DNA of 64,000 nucleotides. It comes from an uncultured Gammaproteobacteria bacterium (GTDB lineage: Bacteria > Patescibacteriota > Microgenomatia > Daviesbacterales > UBA10151). Every line of letters begins with the position of its first letter. Within the stretch, counting starts at the first letter, position 1. A program made the position numbers and the translations under genes. A model generated the notes under the pieces. That model was not told the DNA's origin. It saw only the letters and a program-made list of their open reading frames with translations, and did not search any database. The stretch lies in the NCBI GenBank assembly GCA_964396715.1, contig CAYNFQ010000001.1, positions 117,873 to 181,872 on the forward strand, written 5' to 3'. Shown here piece after piece: positions 38,001 through 46,350 of this stretch.

Positions 38001-38682
38001 TCACCGGCATGAATTTGAAAAAGATTCACAGAGCAAGTTTAAATTATTTTTAATGGCTATATCCGATCCATTGTCTTGGGTTGTTGATAAATCGGTAAGG
38101 TCAATATTGGATTTGGGGTGCGGTCAGGGCAAGCCAATGGCTATGATCAAACTTTGGCACAAAATAGATACTGCGGTGGGAGTTGAGCTATATAAGCCGT
38201 ATATTAAACTTGCAAGAAAGCAGAAGTTACACGATAAATATATTATTGGAGATGTAAGAGAGGTTAATTTTAAACCAAAATCTTACGATTTAGTTTTAGC
38301 CTCCCATGTTCTAGAGCATCTTCCTAAAAAGGATGCATGGAAACTTTTGAGCAAGATGGAAAAAATTGCCAAGATGCAAATTATTGTGGCAACGCCGATC
38401 GGAGCAATTTATCAACCTGCTTTTGATGATAATAAACTCCAGCAACACAAATCACATTTTCTGCCGGAAGAATTTGAAAAAAGAGGTTACAAGGTGATCA
38501 AATACGGTTTAAGATTTCTTTTGGATGAACATTCCGGGGGATTAGTTTACAAATTTAGCAATCCTACTGTTAAAAAAATTATCTATATTGTTAATTTTTT
38601 AATGACTCCTCTTTACTATCTATTCCCTCAAATTTGTGATTATTCGTTTGTGGCCTACAGGAGTATTAATAGTGAAAATTAA
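37990..38682 (+). CDS. Class I SAM methyltransferase, tandem paralog of the C-terminal domain of 36444..38000
   Basis: ILDLGCGQGKP...ASHVLEHLPKKDAWKLL...FLPEEFEKRGYKVIKYGLRFLL collinear with fused domain; start at Met13 of ORF. Confidence 0.7.
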   Translation: MKHNHRHEFEKDSQSKFKLFLMAISDPLSWVVDKSVRSILDLGCGQGKPMAMIKLWHKIDTAVGVELYKPYIKLARKQKLHDKYIIGDVREVNFKPKSYDLVLASHVLEHLPKKDAWKLLSKMEKIAKMQIIVATPIGAIYQPAFDDNKLQQHKSHFLPEEFEKRGYKVIKYGLRFLLDEHSGGLVYKFSNPTVKKIIYIVNFLMTPLYYLFPQICDYSFVAYRSINSEN

Positions 38683-41600
38683 AGATTACCTCTCAGTTGC
38701 CTTTTTATTTATTTTGTCAACTATACTTATTTTGATTTGGTTTAAGCAAGGACTGGCATTTGGCGGAGGAGACGTAGGTTTGCCCACTTTTAACCCCCAA
38801 AGGATTTTTCAATTTATCAGTCATATCTGGTGGGAAGCATCAGCCCCGGGTTTTCCAAGACCCCAGGGAATAACGGGTACCCCCTTTTATTTTTTGTTGT
38901 CCTTATTACAAAAAATAATTCCCTCATATGTATTAATGCAGGCTTTAATCTTCTGGTTGGTACTTTTTTTTATGGGGCTGGGTATGTACCTGGTTTCAAA
39001 AAGCGTTTTCGGAAAAGAAAAAGTGCTAATACCTCTTGTCTCCAGCATACTGTATCTCGTTAATCCTTATATGCAAATTTCAGTTTGGCATAGGTTTGTG
39101 CACACCACTTTTTTTCTGGCATCGACACTGCCTTTTTTGTTTATTTTTTGGCGCAGGTGGATTACATCAGGAAAACGATTAGATCTTCTTATTTTTTCTT
39201 TAATTAATGTTTTAGGTGCAATAATTTTCAGCACTTTGGGGTTTGTGATCAGTTTGTGGGTTTTTTTATTTTTTACCTCTTTTTTTATTATTTTTATACC
39301 GCGAAAAAGTTTATTCGAGGCAAAAACAATTATAGTAAGATCTACTGCGGGATTTATTGTTTGGGTATTTATATCTTTGTGGTGGATTTTGCCCCTTTTT
39401 GCTACTTCGCAGGCGATTTTTTCCAGACAGCACTCTTCAGCTGAGAGTGTAACAAACTTAATTGTTTTAAGCAACCAAACGGCAATTCCCAATACCTTGC
39501 AGGGAATTAACCCTTTTTATTTGTTTGAAGAAAAAGAATGGGGGGAAATTTACAATCAGTGGTATTTTCTACTGATGCCATTCATCCTAGTTACCCTGGC
39601 AGTTTTGGGGTTTGTAAGGGGTTTGGGTGATCGCAAATTTATTTTTTGGAGCCTGCTTTTTTTAGTAAGCATAATTTTTGCCAAAGGGGCGGCAGCCCCT
39701 TTTGGAGGCGGTTTTGTATATTTGTTTAGTAAATTTTTTGTATTGGGAGTTTTGAGAAATCCGTTTGAGAAAATAGGTATTTTTATACCCTTTACTTACG
39801 CCATCCTTATCCCGATAGGCTTGATCACTTTTTTTAAATTTGCCAAAAAAGCGAAACTTCAATATATAGTTATGCCATTTGTATCTATATTGCTGATTTT
39901 GATTTTAGTCATTTGGCATTGGCCATTTTGGCAGGGAAAATTATTCGGAAGCCAATATAGTCCGCCCGAAGTTCAGGTACCGGATTATTATTTAAAGGCA
40001 GATAATTGGATAAAGGAACAAGGAAAGGATGGAAGAATTCTTCACCTGCCGCTGGTTGTCGGTGAAGCAACTGCGTATAAGTGGGAGTATGGCTACAGAG
40101 GTGTTGAGCCGAGCCAGGTTTTTTTCACTTCAAATCCTTCTCTGTCCCAGGGGTTTAATTTAAGCTTTTTGGATGATGCGCTAGCAACGCTGCAGATATT
40201 TTTAAACAGGAGTGATTTTGTTGATGAAGATCAAATCAGGCAACTTCTTAAAATTTTTGGGATCCGATACATTGTTTTACATCTTGATATGGATCCAACA
40301 TATATGGACGTATACAACCCAATAAGGCTTAAAAAACAATTGGGTCAGCTTAAGTTTCTAAAAAAACAGAATGAATTCGGCAAACTTATTATATATGAGG
40401 TTCTGGAAGAAAACCCTATCATTTTTACAGCTTCATCTTTTGATTATTTACTAATGGGAGAGAAAAATCAATTTTGGCCCTGGTTAATTAAGAATAAAAA
40501 CAATCAACTTATCTCAGGGATAGACTTGGATGAAGATTCGATTCATACGGATCATTCGATAGTAGTTGCTTCTTTCTCATTTGATACACCGCCCTCAAAT
40601 CCCGTGGAAGAAAAAATAGAATTGGATCAGCTTCCATCTGTCCGGATACTACCAGGATCCCCCTTTTATTTTTTAATAAGGCTGAAAGAGTACTTTGAAA
40701 CATATTCTGTTTTTGGGAAAGAACGTATTTCAAAACAAATCCTCTTTGCCAGTAAAAGGCTTGTGGAAGCGGTTAAGATAAAGGAACTTGATAAAAACAA
40801 CCAAATCTCGGCAATTTTAACAGATTATTCAGACCTTTTGGACAAGCTGAAACTATCATTAAAAGGGGCATTTCCCTATGAAAAATCTGCAGTTGATGCA
40901 ATATTTGCAAGACATAGTGTTATTTTAGATTCACTTACAGATTCCGCTGTTACAGGTAGTGAGAAGGAAATTGTAGTAAAAGCTAAAGAAAAATTGGCCG
41001 AAGATTTGAGTTTATGGGGTTTGCGGCCTCTTATCGCTTTTAATAAAGAAACATCATTGTATAACAGAAGAGTATTTACATTTCAGGTTTCGAAAACAGG
41101 GGATTATGAGGTTTTATTCGGCCTGGATAAAGGAAATAGCTTTGATGAAATTTTTGATATAGCTTTGGATGGAAAACCGATCTTAAAAAATAATCCGACT
41201 GATCTGGAACAACCGGTCAAAATAATAAGTTTCGGCAAAATATATTTAGAGCCAGGTTATCATGAATTAAGTTACCGTTCCAAAAAAATTCCCGTAAATA
41301 TTTTATCGCTTGATAAGTGGTTTAAGTCGGAAAAAGGCGAGTTTAGCGGAAACTCAGATGAGATGAGTATAAGCAGTGAGATAAATGAAACAGCGAGCAT
41401 GCAATTGCCTATGAAAGATTTTATTGCCGGGAATACTTATATACTTCGATTTGAATACTGGGTTCAAAAAGGCAAGGGGCCGATAGTGCAAGTACTTTCG
41501 GATAACGACCCAATAATAAAAGGTAAAAGAGAGATGAAAGCAGATAAGCAGTTTGCCGCCGAAACCTATAACCGTTATTGGCAAAATGCGTTTGTGAGTT

Positions 41601-42139
41601 TTGAACCCCGTTTGTCAGCCGATGATACTTTAATTGAGATATCGGTTGAACCCTGGAATGATTGTGAGATAATCAGCCCGATTCGTTCGACTTGCAAGAT
41701 TAAGAAATTTAGAAAACAATTTGACAGAAAAAGCACATTGATTGTCAAAAATGTTGTCCTTGAAAGAATTTCCAGGTCTGAGATTTTTCTTAAAACCTCA
41801 AATAGCAAAATTAAAGAGTCTACAAATTCAGGCAGGGTTGAATATGCTAGGGAAAACCCTTCTTTTGTCAGGGGGAAATTAAAAATCGATAAACCCCAAG
41901 TTTTGGTATTCGCTGAAACTTTCGATAAGGGTTGGAAGTTAGATTTATTTAAAGAGGGTAGAAAAATTAATCCTCAGGAGCATTTATTGGTAAACGGTTA
42001 TGCTAATGGTTGGTTGGTAAAGGAAGCTGGAGAATATGAATTCTCTATCAATTTTGACGCCCAGAAACTAGTCAACATAGGCGGTATAATATCTATGATA
42101 ACTTTGGGGGGATTACTATTATGGCTTATCAGAAAATAA
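38636..42139 (+). CDS. Giant (1167 aa) polytopic membrane protein, family B; N-terminal ~570-aa multi-TM GT-C-like module and ~600-aa C-terminal extracytoplasmic domain
   Basis: WFKQGLAFGGGDVGLPTFNPQRI...WWEASAPGFPRPQG, VLRNPFEKIG, ILHLPLVVGEATAYKWEYGYRGVEPS, IRYIVLHLDMD, C-terminal NGYANGW; alternative GTG start at 38672. Confidence 0.7.
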   Translation: MIIRLWPTGVLIVKIKDYLSVAFLFILSTILILIWFKQGLAFGGGDVGLPTFNPQRIFQFISHIWWEASAPGFPRPQGITGTPFYFLLSLLQKIIPSYVLMQALIFWLVLFFMGLGMYLVSKSVFGKEKVLIPLVSSILYLVNPYMQISVWHRFVHTTFFLASTLPFLFIFWRRWITSGKRLDLLIFSLINVLGAIIFSTLGFVISLWVFLFFTSFFIIFIPRKSLFEAKTIIVRSTAGFIVWVFISLWWILPLFATSQAIFSRQHSSAESVTNLIVLSNQTAIPNTLQGINPFYLFEEKEWGEIYNQWYFLLMPFILVTLAVLGFVRGLGDRKFIFWSLLFLVSIIFAKGAAAPFGGGFVYLFSKFFVLGVLRNPFEKIGIFIPFTYAILIPIGLITFFKFAKKAKLQYIVMPFVSILLILILVIWHWPFWQGKLFGSQYSPPEVQVPDYYLKADNWIKEQGKDGRILHLPLVVGEATAYKWEYGYRGVEPSQVFFTSNPSLSQGFNLSFLDDALATLQIFLNRSDFVDEDQIRQLLKIFGIRYIVLHLDMDPTYMDVYNPIRLKKQLGQLKFLKKQNEFGKLIIYEVLEENPIIFTASSFDYLLMGEKNQFWPWLIKNKNNQLISGIDLDEDSIHTDHSIVVASFSFDTPPSNPVEEKIELDQLPSVRILPGSPFYFLIRLKEYFETYSVFGKERISKQILFASKRLVEAVKIKELDKNNQISAILTDYSDLLDKLKLSLKGAFPYEKSAVDAIFARHSVILDSLTDSAVTGSEKEIVVKAKEKLAEDLSLWGLRPLIAFNKETSLYNRRVFTFQVSKTGDYEVLFGLDKGNSFDEIFDIALDGKPILKNNPTDLEQPVKIISFGKIYLEPGYHELSYRSKKIPVNILSLDKWFKSEKGEFSGNSDEMSISSEINETASMQLPMKDFIAGNTYILRFEYWVQKGKGPIVQVLSDNDPIIKGKREMKADKQFAAETYNRYWQNAFVSFEPRLSADDTLIEISVEPWNDCEIISPIRSTCKIKKFRKQFDRKSTLIVKNVVLERISRSEIFLKTSNSKIKESTNSGRVEYARENPSFVRGKLKIDKPQVLVFAETFDKGWKLDLFKEGRKINPQEHLLVNGYANGWLVKEAGEYEFSINFDAQKLVNIGGIISMITLGGLLLWLIRK

Positions 42140-42483
42140 AATCAGTATCCATAAGGTTGTTTATTTTGTTTCTTTCAATAGTATTGATTTATTATACTAA
42201 TGGTAATGCCGGCAGTGAATCTTTTGGAAATATTCAATCTGCAATTTTGTCAGCAGGTTTGATTGTTGCAGTGTATTTACCTGCTAAGAGGCCTTTCATA
42301 CTTCTCTTTGCCATTTTAATGTGGTCTGTTATGATAGGATTTTACCTGGTAGAAGCTCGGGATTATGCTTACTTTTTCGGCAGTATAGGTTTTGGGATAA
42401 TATTTCTGGTAATCTTAACTTATGTTCCGGAACTTTTAAAAACAGGTTATATAGCCGATTTTCAAAAATGGTTCAAAGATTAA
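42121..42483 (+). CDS. Small (120 aa) 3-4 TM membrane protein following giant B1
   Basis: Hydrophobic; C-terminal GSIGFGIIFLVILTYVPELLKTGY resembles GSLGIGILAILIFSYFGDFVKRGF of 45935..46264. Confidence 0.5.
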   Translation: MAYQKIKSVSIRLFILFLSIVLIYYTNGNAGSESFGNIQSAILSAGLIVAVYLPAKRPFILLFAILMWSVMIGFYLVEARDYAYFFGSIGFGIIFLVILTYVPELLKTGYIADFQKWFKD

Positions 42484-45400
42484 CAAAATTTTTTTTCAAT
42501 AATAATTTGAACAGTCATTTTTTTGCGTTATTTACGTTTTTTTTACTCAGTGTATTTCTTGTTTTCAGCTGGTTTAGACAAGGCTTAATTTACGGGGGAG
42601 GAGATGTTGGTTTGCAGACCTTTAATCCCCAAAGGATACTGGAAATCTCCCAATTTATCTGGTGGGAAGCAACCGCCCCCGGTATTCCGGTTCCCCAGGG
42701 TTTAACCGCCATACCATTCAATTTTGCCTTTTCTATTTTACAATCCATAGGTTTTAGCCCGTTTTTACTTCAGGCAAGCTTGTTTTTTCTTATACTTTTC
42801 TTCTGTGGTCTGGGAATGTATTTTCTTATTTTATTTTTGTTTGGGGACAGGTATAAAATTTATGCAATTTTGGCGGGATTATTCTATATGGTTAATCCAT
42901 ACATGATGATTTCGGTTTGGCACAGGTTTGTCCACTCAACGTTCTTCTTTATTTCGGCTCTGCCTTTTTTAACTATTTTCTGGCTGAAGTGGATCAGGAA
43001 CAAAAATCCGATATCACTCCTGATTTTTTTATTAATTAACCTTATTTCCTTGTATGCTTTCGGGACGATTGCCTATATTCTTACCCTCTGGCTTTTCCTT
43101 TTTCTAATCACTATTCCTGAAATAATTTTTTCCTGGCAAGGCCTAAAAAATTTTAAGAAAATATTGACGGTTTTTTTAGTAGGTTTCTTTTTTTGGGTTT
43201 TGACAAATGCCTGGTGGTTGGTGCCTATATTTAAAATCTCTCCGACTGCTTTGTCGGAGCAACACAGTAATGAAGAAACTTTATCTACACTAATAAATAT
43301 AAGCAGACAAACTATACTTCCCTACTCATTACAAATGATCAATCCTTTCTATTTATTTTACCAGCTGGATTTGGGGAAAAGTTACCAGAATGTTTTTATC
43401 CGTGTCCTCCCTTGGATTTTTGTTTCAGTTATTTTTATCGGATTAATAAGGGCTTTGTTCAATAAAGACATGGCAAGATGGACTCTGGTTTATCTTGCCG
43501 TAATATTTTTTGCCAAAGGCGCGGCTTCCCCCTGGGGTTTTATATATATCTTTGCCTTAAAATATTTTTTCCCCCTCGGGGTGCTGCGGAACCCGTTTGA
43601 AAAAATTGGTATTCTGTTACCTCTGGTAAGCACAATTTTATTTATCATTGGATTAAAATTTGTTTATGAAAGCCTAAGACATAAATTCAGCGTGAGGGTT
43701 GCAGCAGTTAGCCTGGTAGTTGTTTTTGGATCTGTTTTTATTTTTTGTTTGCCCTTATTCGGAGGGAGAATATTTGGTAGGTTTGATAAACCGGAATTTG
43801 TAAGTGTACCGCAATCTTATAAGGATGCGGATAATTGGATTAAATCCGACTATGAAAAGAATAAAAATCAAAATCCAGGCAAGATTTTACATTTGCCCCT
43901 GACAAGAGGTGAAAGCATTAATTATAATTGGGAATATGGCTACAGCGGACTGGAATCCAGTGCATTATTCTTTACAGCCGCCCCTTCTATTTCTCACGGG
44001 TTCAATCTCAGGAGAACTGATGATTCTTTGACAACGCTTTATTATTCGCTTCGAAATAGTCATTTATTTGATCAGAATATTACAAAAAGACTCTTGAGTG
44101 ATTTTAATATTGCCTACATTGTGTTGCATAAAGATGTGAAATGGCAGGGTTCTGATTTGTACAATCCCGCAGAGACAGAGGAGGTTTTAAATAAATTAAA
44201 TTTTATTAAACTTGAAAAAACCTTTGGAGATTTAATGATTTATAAAGTATTGGAAGAGAATTTTAATCCGAAGATTTTCATAAGCGGAAACTATCACATA
44301 ATTTATCCTCCCAATACTTTTAGCGTACAGCCCTGGATAGAAGCGTCAGGTAGTTCCATCATAACTTCCGTAGATATTGAAGATAATCGAAAATTGGAGG
44401 AATTTTCCCGAAGCACTACAATTTTTTCTAAAAGCTCCTTTGTTTATACAGAGGCATCATCTTCTTCAATTGTGTCAACTATAAATGCATTGGTTTCCAA
44501 TCCGGCAAGTAAAGACTTATGGTTAGATTCATTAATTAAAATCAGGCCGATTTTGAAACAAAATGGTGAGATCCAGGCAGAAGAATTTAGCAGTCAAATA
44601 ATTTATGCCAGTGAAAAAATTTTAAAAATAATGAGAGGATTTGCTTTAGAGAAAAATGATCCTTCCCCAAAAGAGGTAGACGATTATGGTCAAATAGTTA
44701 AAAACCTCTTTTCTGCCAATACCTACAGTCCCAGACTACAACTTTACGCTAACAGTACACAGCTCAGTCAGATATTCCAGATTCATTTATACATTCTCAA
44801 AATAATTTCTGAAATAACCCAATCAGAAACCAGAAACAATTTGATAAGGGTTTTAGATCTGTTAAAAGAAAATTTATCCAGAAATAATCTTATTCCCGAT
44901 TCTTCGGAGATGCAGGCTATCTCATCAAGAAGAGATGTTTATAAATTTGAAGTGCCTTATGATTCGGATTACAAAATTATCCTTGCATTTTCCAAGGACA
45001 AATCTATTTATCAAAATAAATTAGATAAGCTATTTTTTATCCTTGACGGTAAACCACTTAATTTTAAGGGAGAGGTAGAAAATGACCTAATTTCATTTGG
45101 TCCTGTATCCATTGCAAAGGGGTCACACATGATTAGTTTTCCGGTCCTTTTATCGGATAATTTATCAGTTATCGCTAATTTTATTAAGGGGGGGGAGGTT
45201 AATTTATCAGATGATGGTAATTTTTATCTTAAGGGGGCTGACACTAATTTAAGCTTTCTAGAAAGTAGAATAAACAATACTTTTGGACAAGACATATTTA
45301 AAGTAAACTTCGATGTAAAAGTAGAAAAAGGAAACGGTTTTAATTTTCAACTTTTGCAGGATACGGACACCATTGATCAAACCGGCCAGCCGAATTTGGC

Positions 45401-45938
45401 AATAAATCAGAAGATTTTCCAACCGGAGGGAACAGATTGGCTAGAGTATGATTTTTTTCTGCCGCCTCTCAGGTTTAATACGGATACTGTTGCCATAAGA
45501 TTTGTAGCTAATTCTCCCATAAAAGTAAGAAATTTAAAAATTGAGAGAGTATTTAACGGAGACGTTTTTTTAAGGGATATTAAATCTTTTAATAAGATAA
45601 ATGATAAAGGAGCGGGTAAGGTAGATTTCTATCAAAAAAACCCTGCCCTTTACAGAGGTAAGATTTATTTGGATAAACCATCCTTTATAATATTTTCAGA
45701 ATCTTTTCATCCCGGTTGGAAATTAGTTTTATCTAAACAGGGCAAAGATTATATTCCTACCATTCATACAATGGCAAACCTTTATGCAAATGCCTGGTAT
45801 ATTGATAAAGACGGCGAATATGATTTTAAGCTGGAATTTGAACCTGAAAGAATAGTGAAAATTGGCTCTCTATTGGCATTAGCAGGTTATTTGAGTCTTA
45901 TAATCTATATTATCTTAAAAAATAGAAAAAATAGATGA
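42468..45938 (+). CDS. Giant (~1156 aa) polytopic membrane protein, family B paralog
   Basis: WFRQGLIYGGGDVGLQTFNPQRI...WWEATAPGIPVPQG, VLRNPFEKIG, ILHLPLTRGESINYNWEYGYSGLESS, IAYIVLHKDVKW, LYANAW; start at Met50 of ORF (overlaps 3' end of small protein gene). Confidence 0.7.
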   Translation: MVQRLTKFFFNNNLNSHFFALFTFFLLSVFLVFSWFRQGLIYGGGDVGLQTFNPQRILEISQFIWWEATAPGIPVPQGLTAIPFNFAFSILQSIGFSPFLLQASLFFLILFFCGLGMYFLILFLFGDRYKIYAILAGLFYMVNPYMMISVWHRFVHSTFFFISALPFLTIFWLKWIRNKNPISLLIFLLINLISLYAFGTIAYILTLWLFLFLITIPEIIFSWQGLKNFKKILTVFLVGFFFWVLTNAWWLVPIFKISPTALSEQHSNEETLSTLINISRQTILPYSLQMINPFYLFYQLDLGKSYQNVFIRVLPWIFVSVIFIGLIRALFNKDMARWTLVYLAVIFFAKGAASPWGFIYIFALKYFFPLGVLRNPFEKIGILLPLVSTILFIIGLKFVYESLRHKFSVRVAAVSLVVVFGSVFIFCLPLFGGRIFGRFDKPEFVSVPQSYKDADNWIKSDYEKNKNQNPGKILHLPLTRGESINYNWEYGYSGLESSALFFTAAPSISHGFNLRRTDDSLTTLYYSLRNSHLFDQNITKRLLSDFNIAYIVLHKDVKWQGSDLYNPAETEEVLNKLNFIKLEKTFGDLMIYKVLEENFNPKIFISGNYHIIYPPNTFSVQPWIEASGSSIITSVDIEDNRKLEEFSRSTTIFSKSSFVYTEASSSSIVSTINALVSNPASKDLWLDSLIKIRPILKQNGEIQAEEFSSQIIYASEKILKIMRGFALEKNDPSPKEVDDYGQIVKNLFSANTYSPRLQLYANSTQLSQIFQIHLYILKIISEITQSETRNNLIRVLDLLKENLSRNNLIPDSSEMQAISSRRDVYKFEVPYDSDYKIILAFSKDKSIYQNKLDKLFFILDGKPLNFKGEVENDLISFGPVSIAKGSHMISFPVLLSDNLSVIANFIKGGEVNLSDDGNFYLKGADTNLSFLESRINNTFGQDIFKVNFDVKVEKGNGFNFQLLQDTDTIDQTGQPNLAINQKIFQPEGTDWLEYDFFLPPLRFNTDTVAIRFVANSPIKVRNLKIERVFNGDVFLRDIKSFNKINDKGAGKVDFYQKNPALYRGKIYLDKPSFIIFSESFHPGWKLVLSKQGKDYIPTIHTMANLYANAWYIDKDGEYDFKLEFEPERIVKIGSLLALAGYLSLIIYIILKNRKNR

Positions 45939-46264
45939 AAAAAATGTTGCTTAAAACTTTTTTTGTAATAATGTCTTTTTTTATCTTTTGGTGGCTGGAA
46001 TCCGGCTTGAAAATAGAAGAAATTAGCGCAATTATTAAGCCTTTAATATTTGCCCTCTCAGTTTCAATGACTTTTTCAATTAAACTTCGAAGGTATTTAT
46101 TATACATAAGTTTCTTGTTTTATTGTCTGATGATTTTTCTATATTTAATTTGGCAAATAAGCTTAGCAAACCTTGCAGGAAGTTTAGGAATTGGGATACT
46201 GGCTATCTTGATATTTAGCTATTTTGGTGATTTTGTAAAAAGGGGTTTTGTTGAGAAGCTATGA
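45935..46264 (+). CDS. Small (109 aa) membrane protein following giant B2
   Basis: ATGA overlap with giant stop; 3 hydrophobic segments; C-terminal motif shared with 42121..42483. Confidence 0.5.
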   Translation: MKKMLLKTFFVIMSFFIFWWLESGLKIEEISAIIKPLIFALSVSMTFSIKLRRYLLYISFLFYCLMIFLYLIWQISLANLAGSLGIGILAILIFSYFGDFVKRGFVEKL

Positions 46265-46350
46265 AATACCTATTCTCACTTATTTTATTTTTTCTGATAG
46301 TAGCATCGGTATTTTTTTATATTTTGGGGGTTAGATTTAAGAAAAAATGA
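46261..46350 (+). CDS. Micro-ORF, 29-aa single-TM peptide MKYLFSLILFFLIVASVFFYILGVRFKKK
   Basis: ATG overlaps upstream TGA (46261-46264), its TGA overlaps ATG of giant B3 (46347-46350); below ORF-track length cutoff. Confidence 0.35.
   Translation: MKYLFSLILFFLIVASVFFYILGVRFKKK

Noticed and set aside
39067-39492. 141-aa minus-strand ORF, and similar antisense ORFs at 37106..37522 and 47960..48367
   Set aside because: Embedded antisense in well-supported plus-strand genes; Lys-rich low-complexity composition typical of AT-rich antisense frames; no motifs
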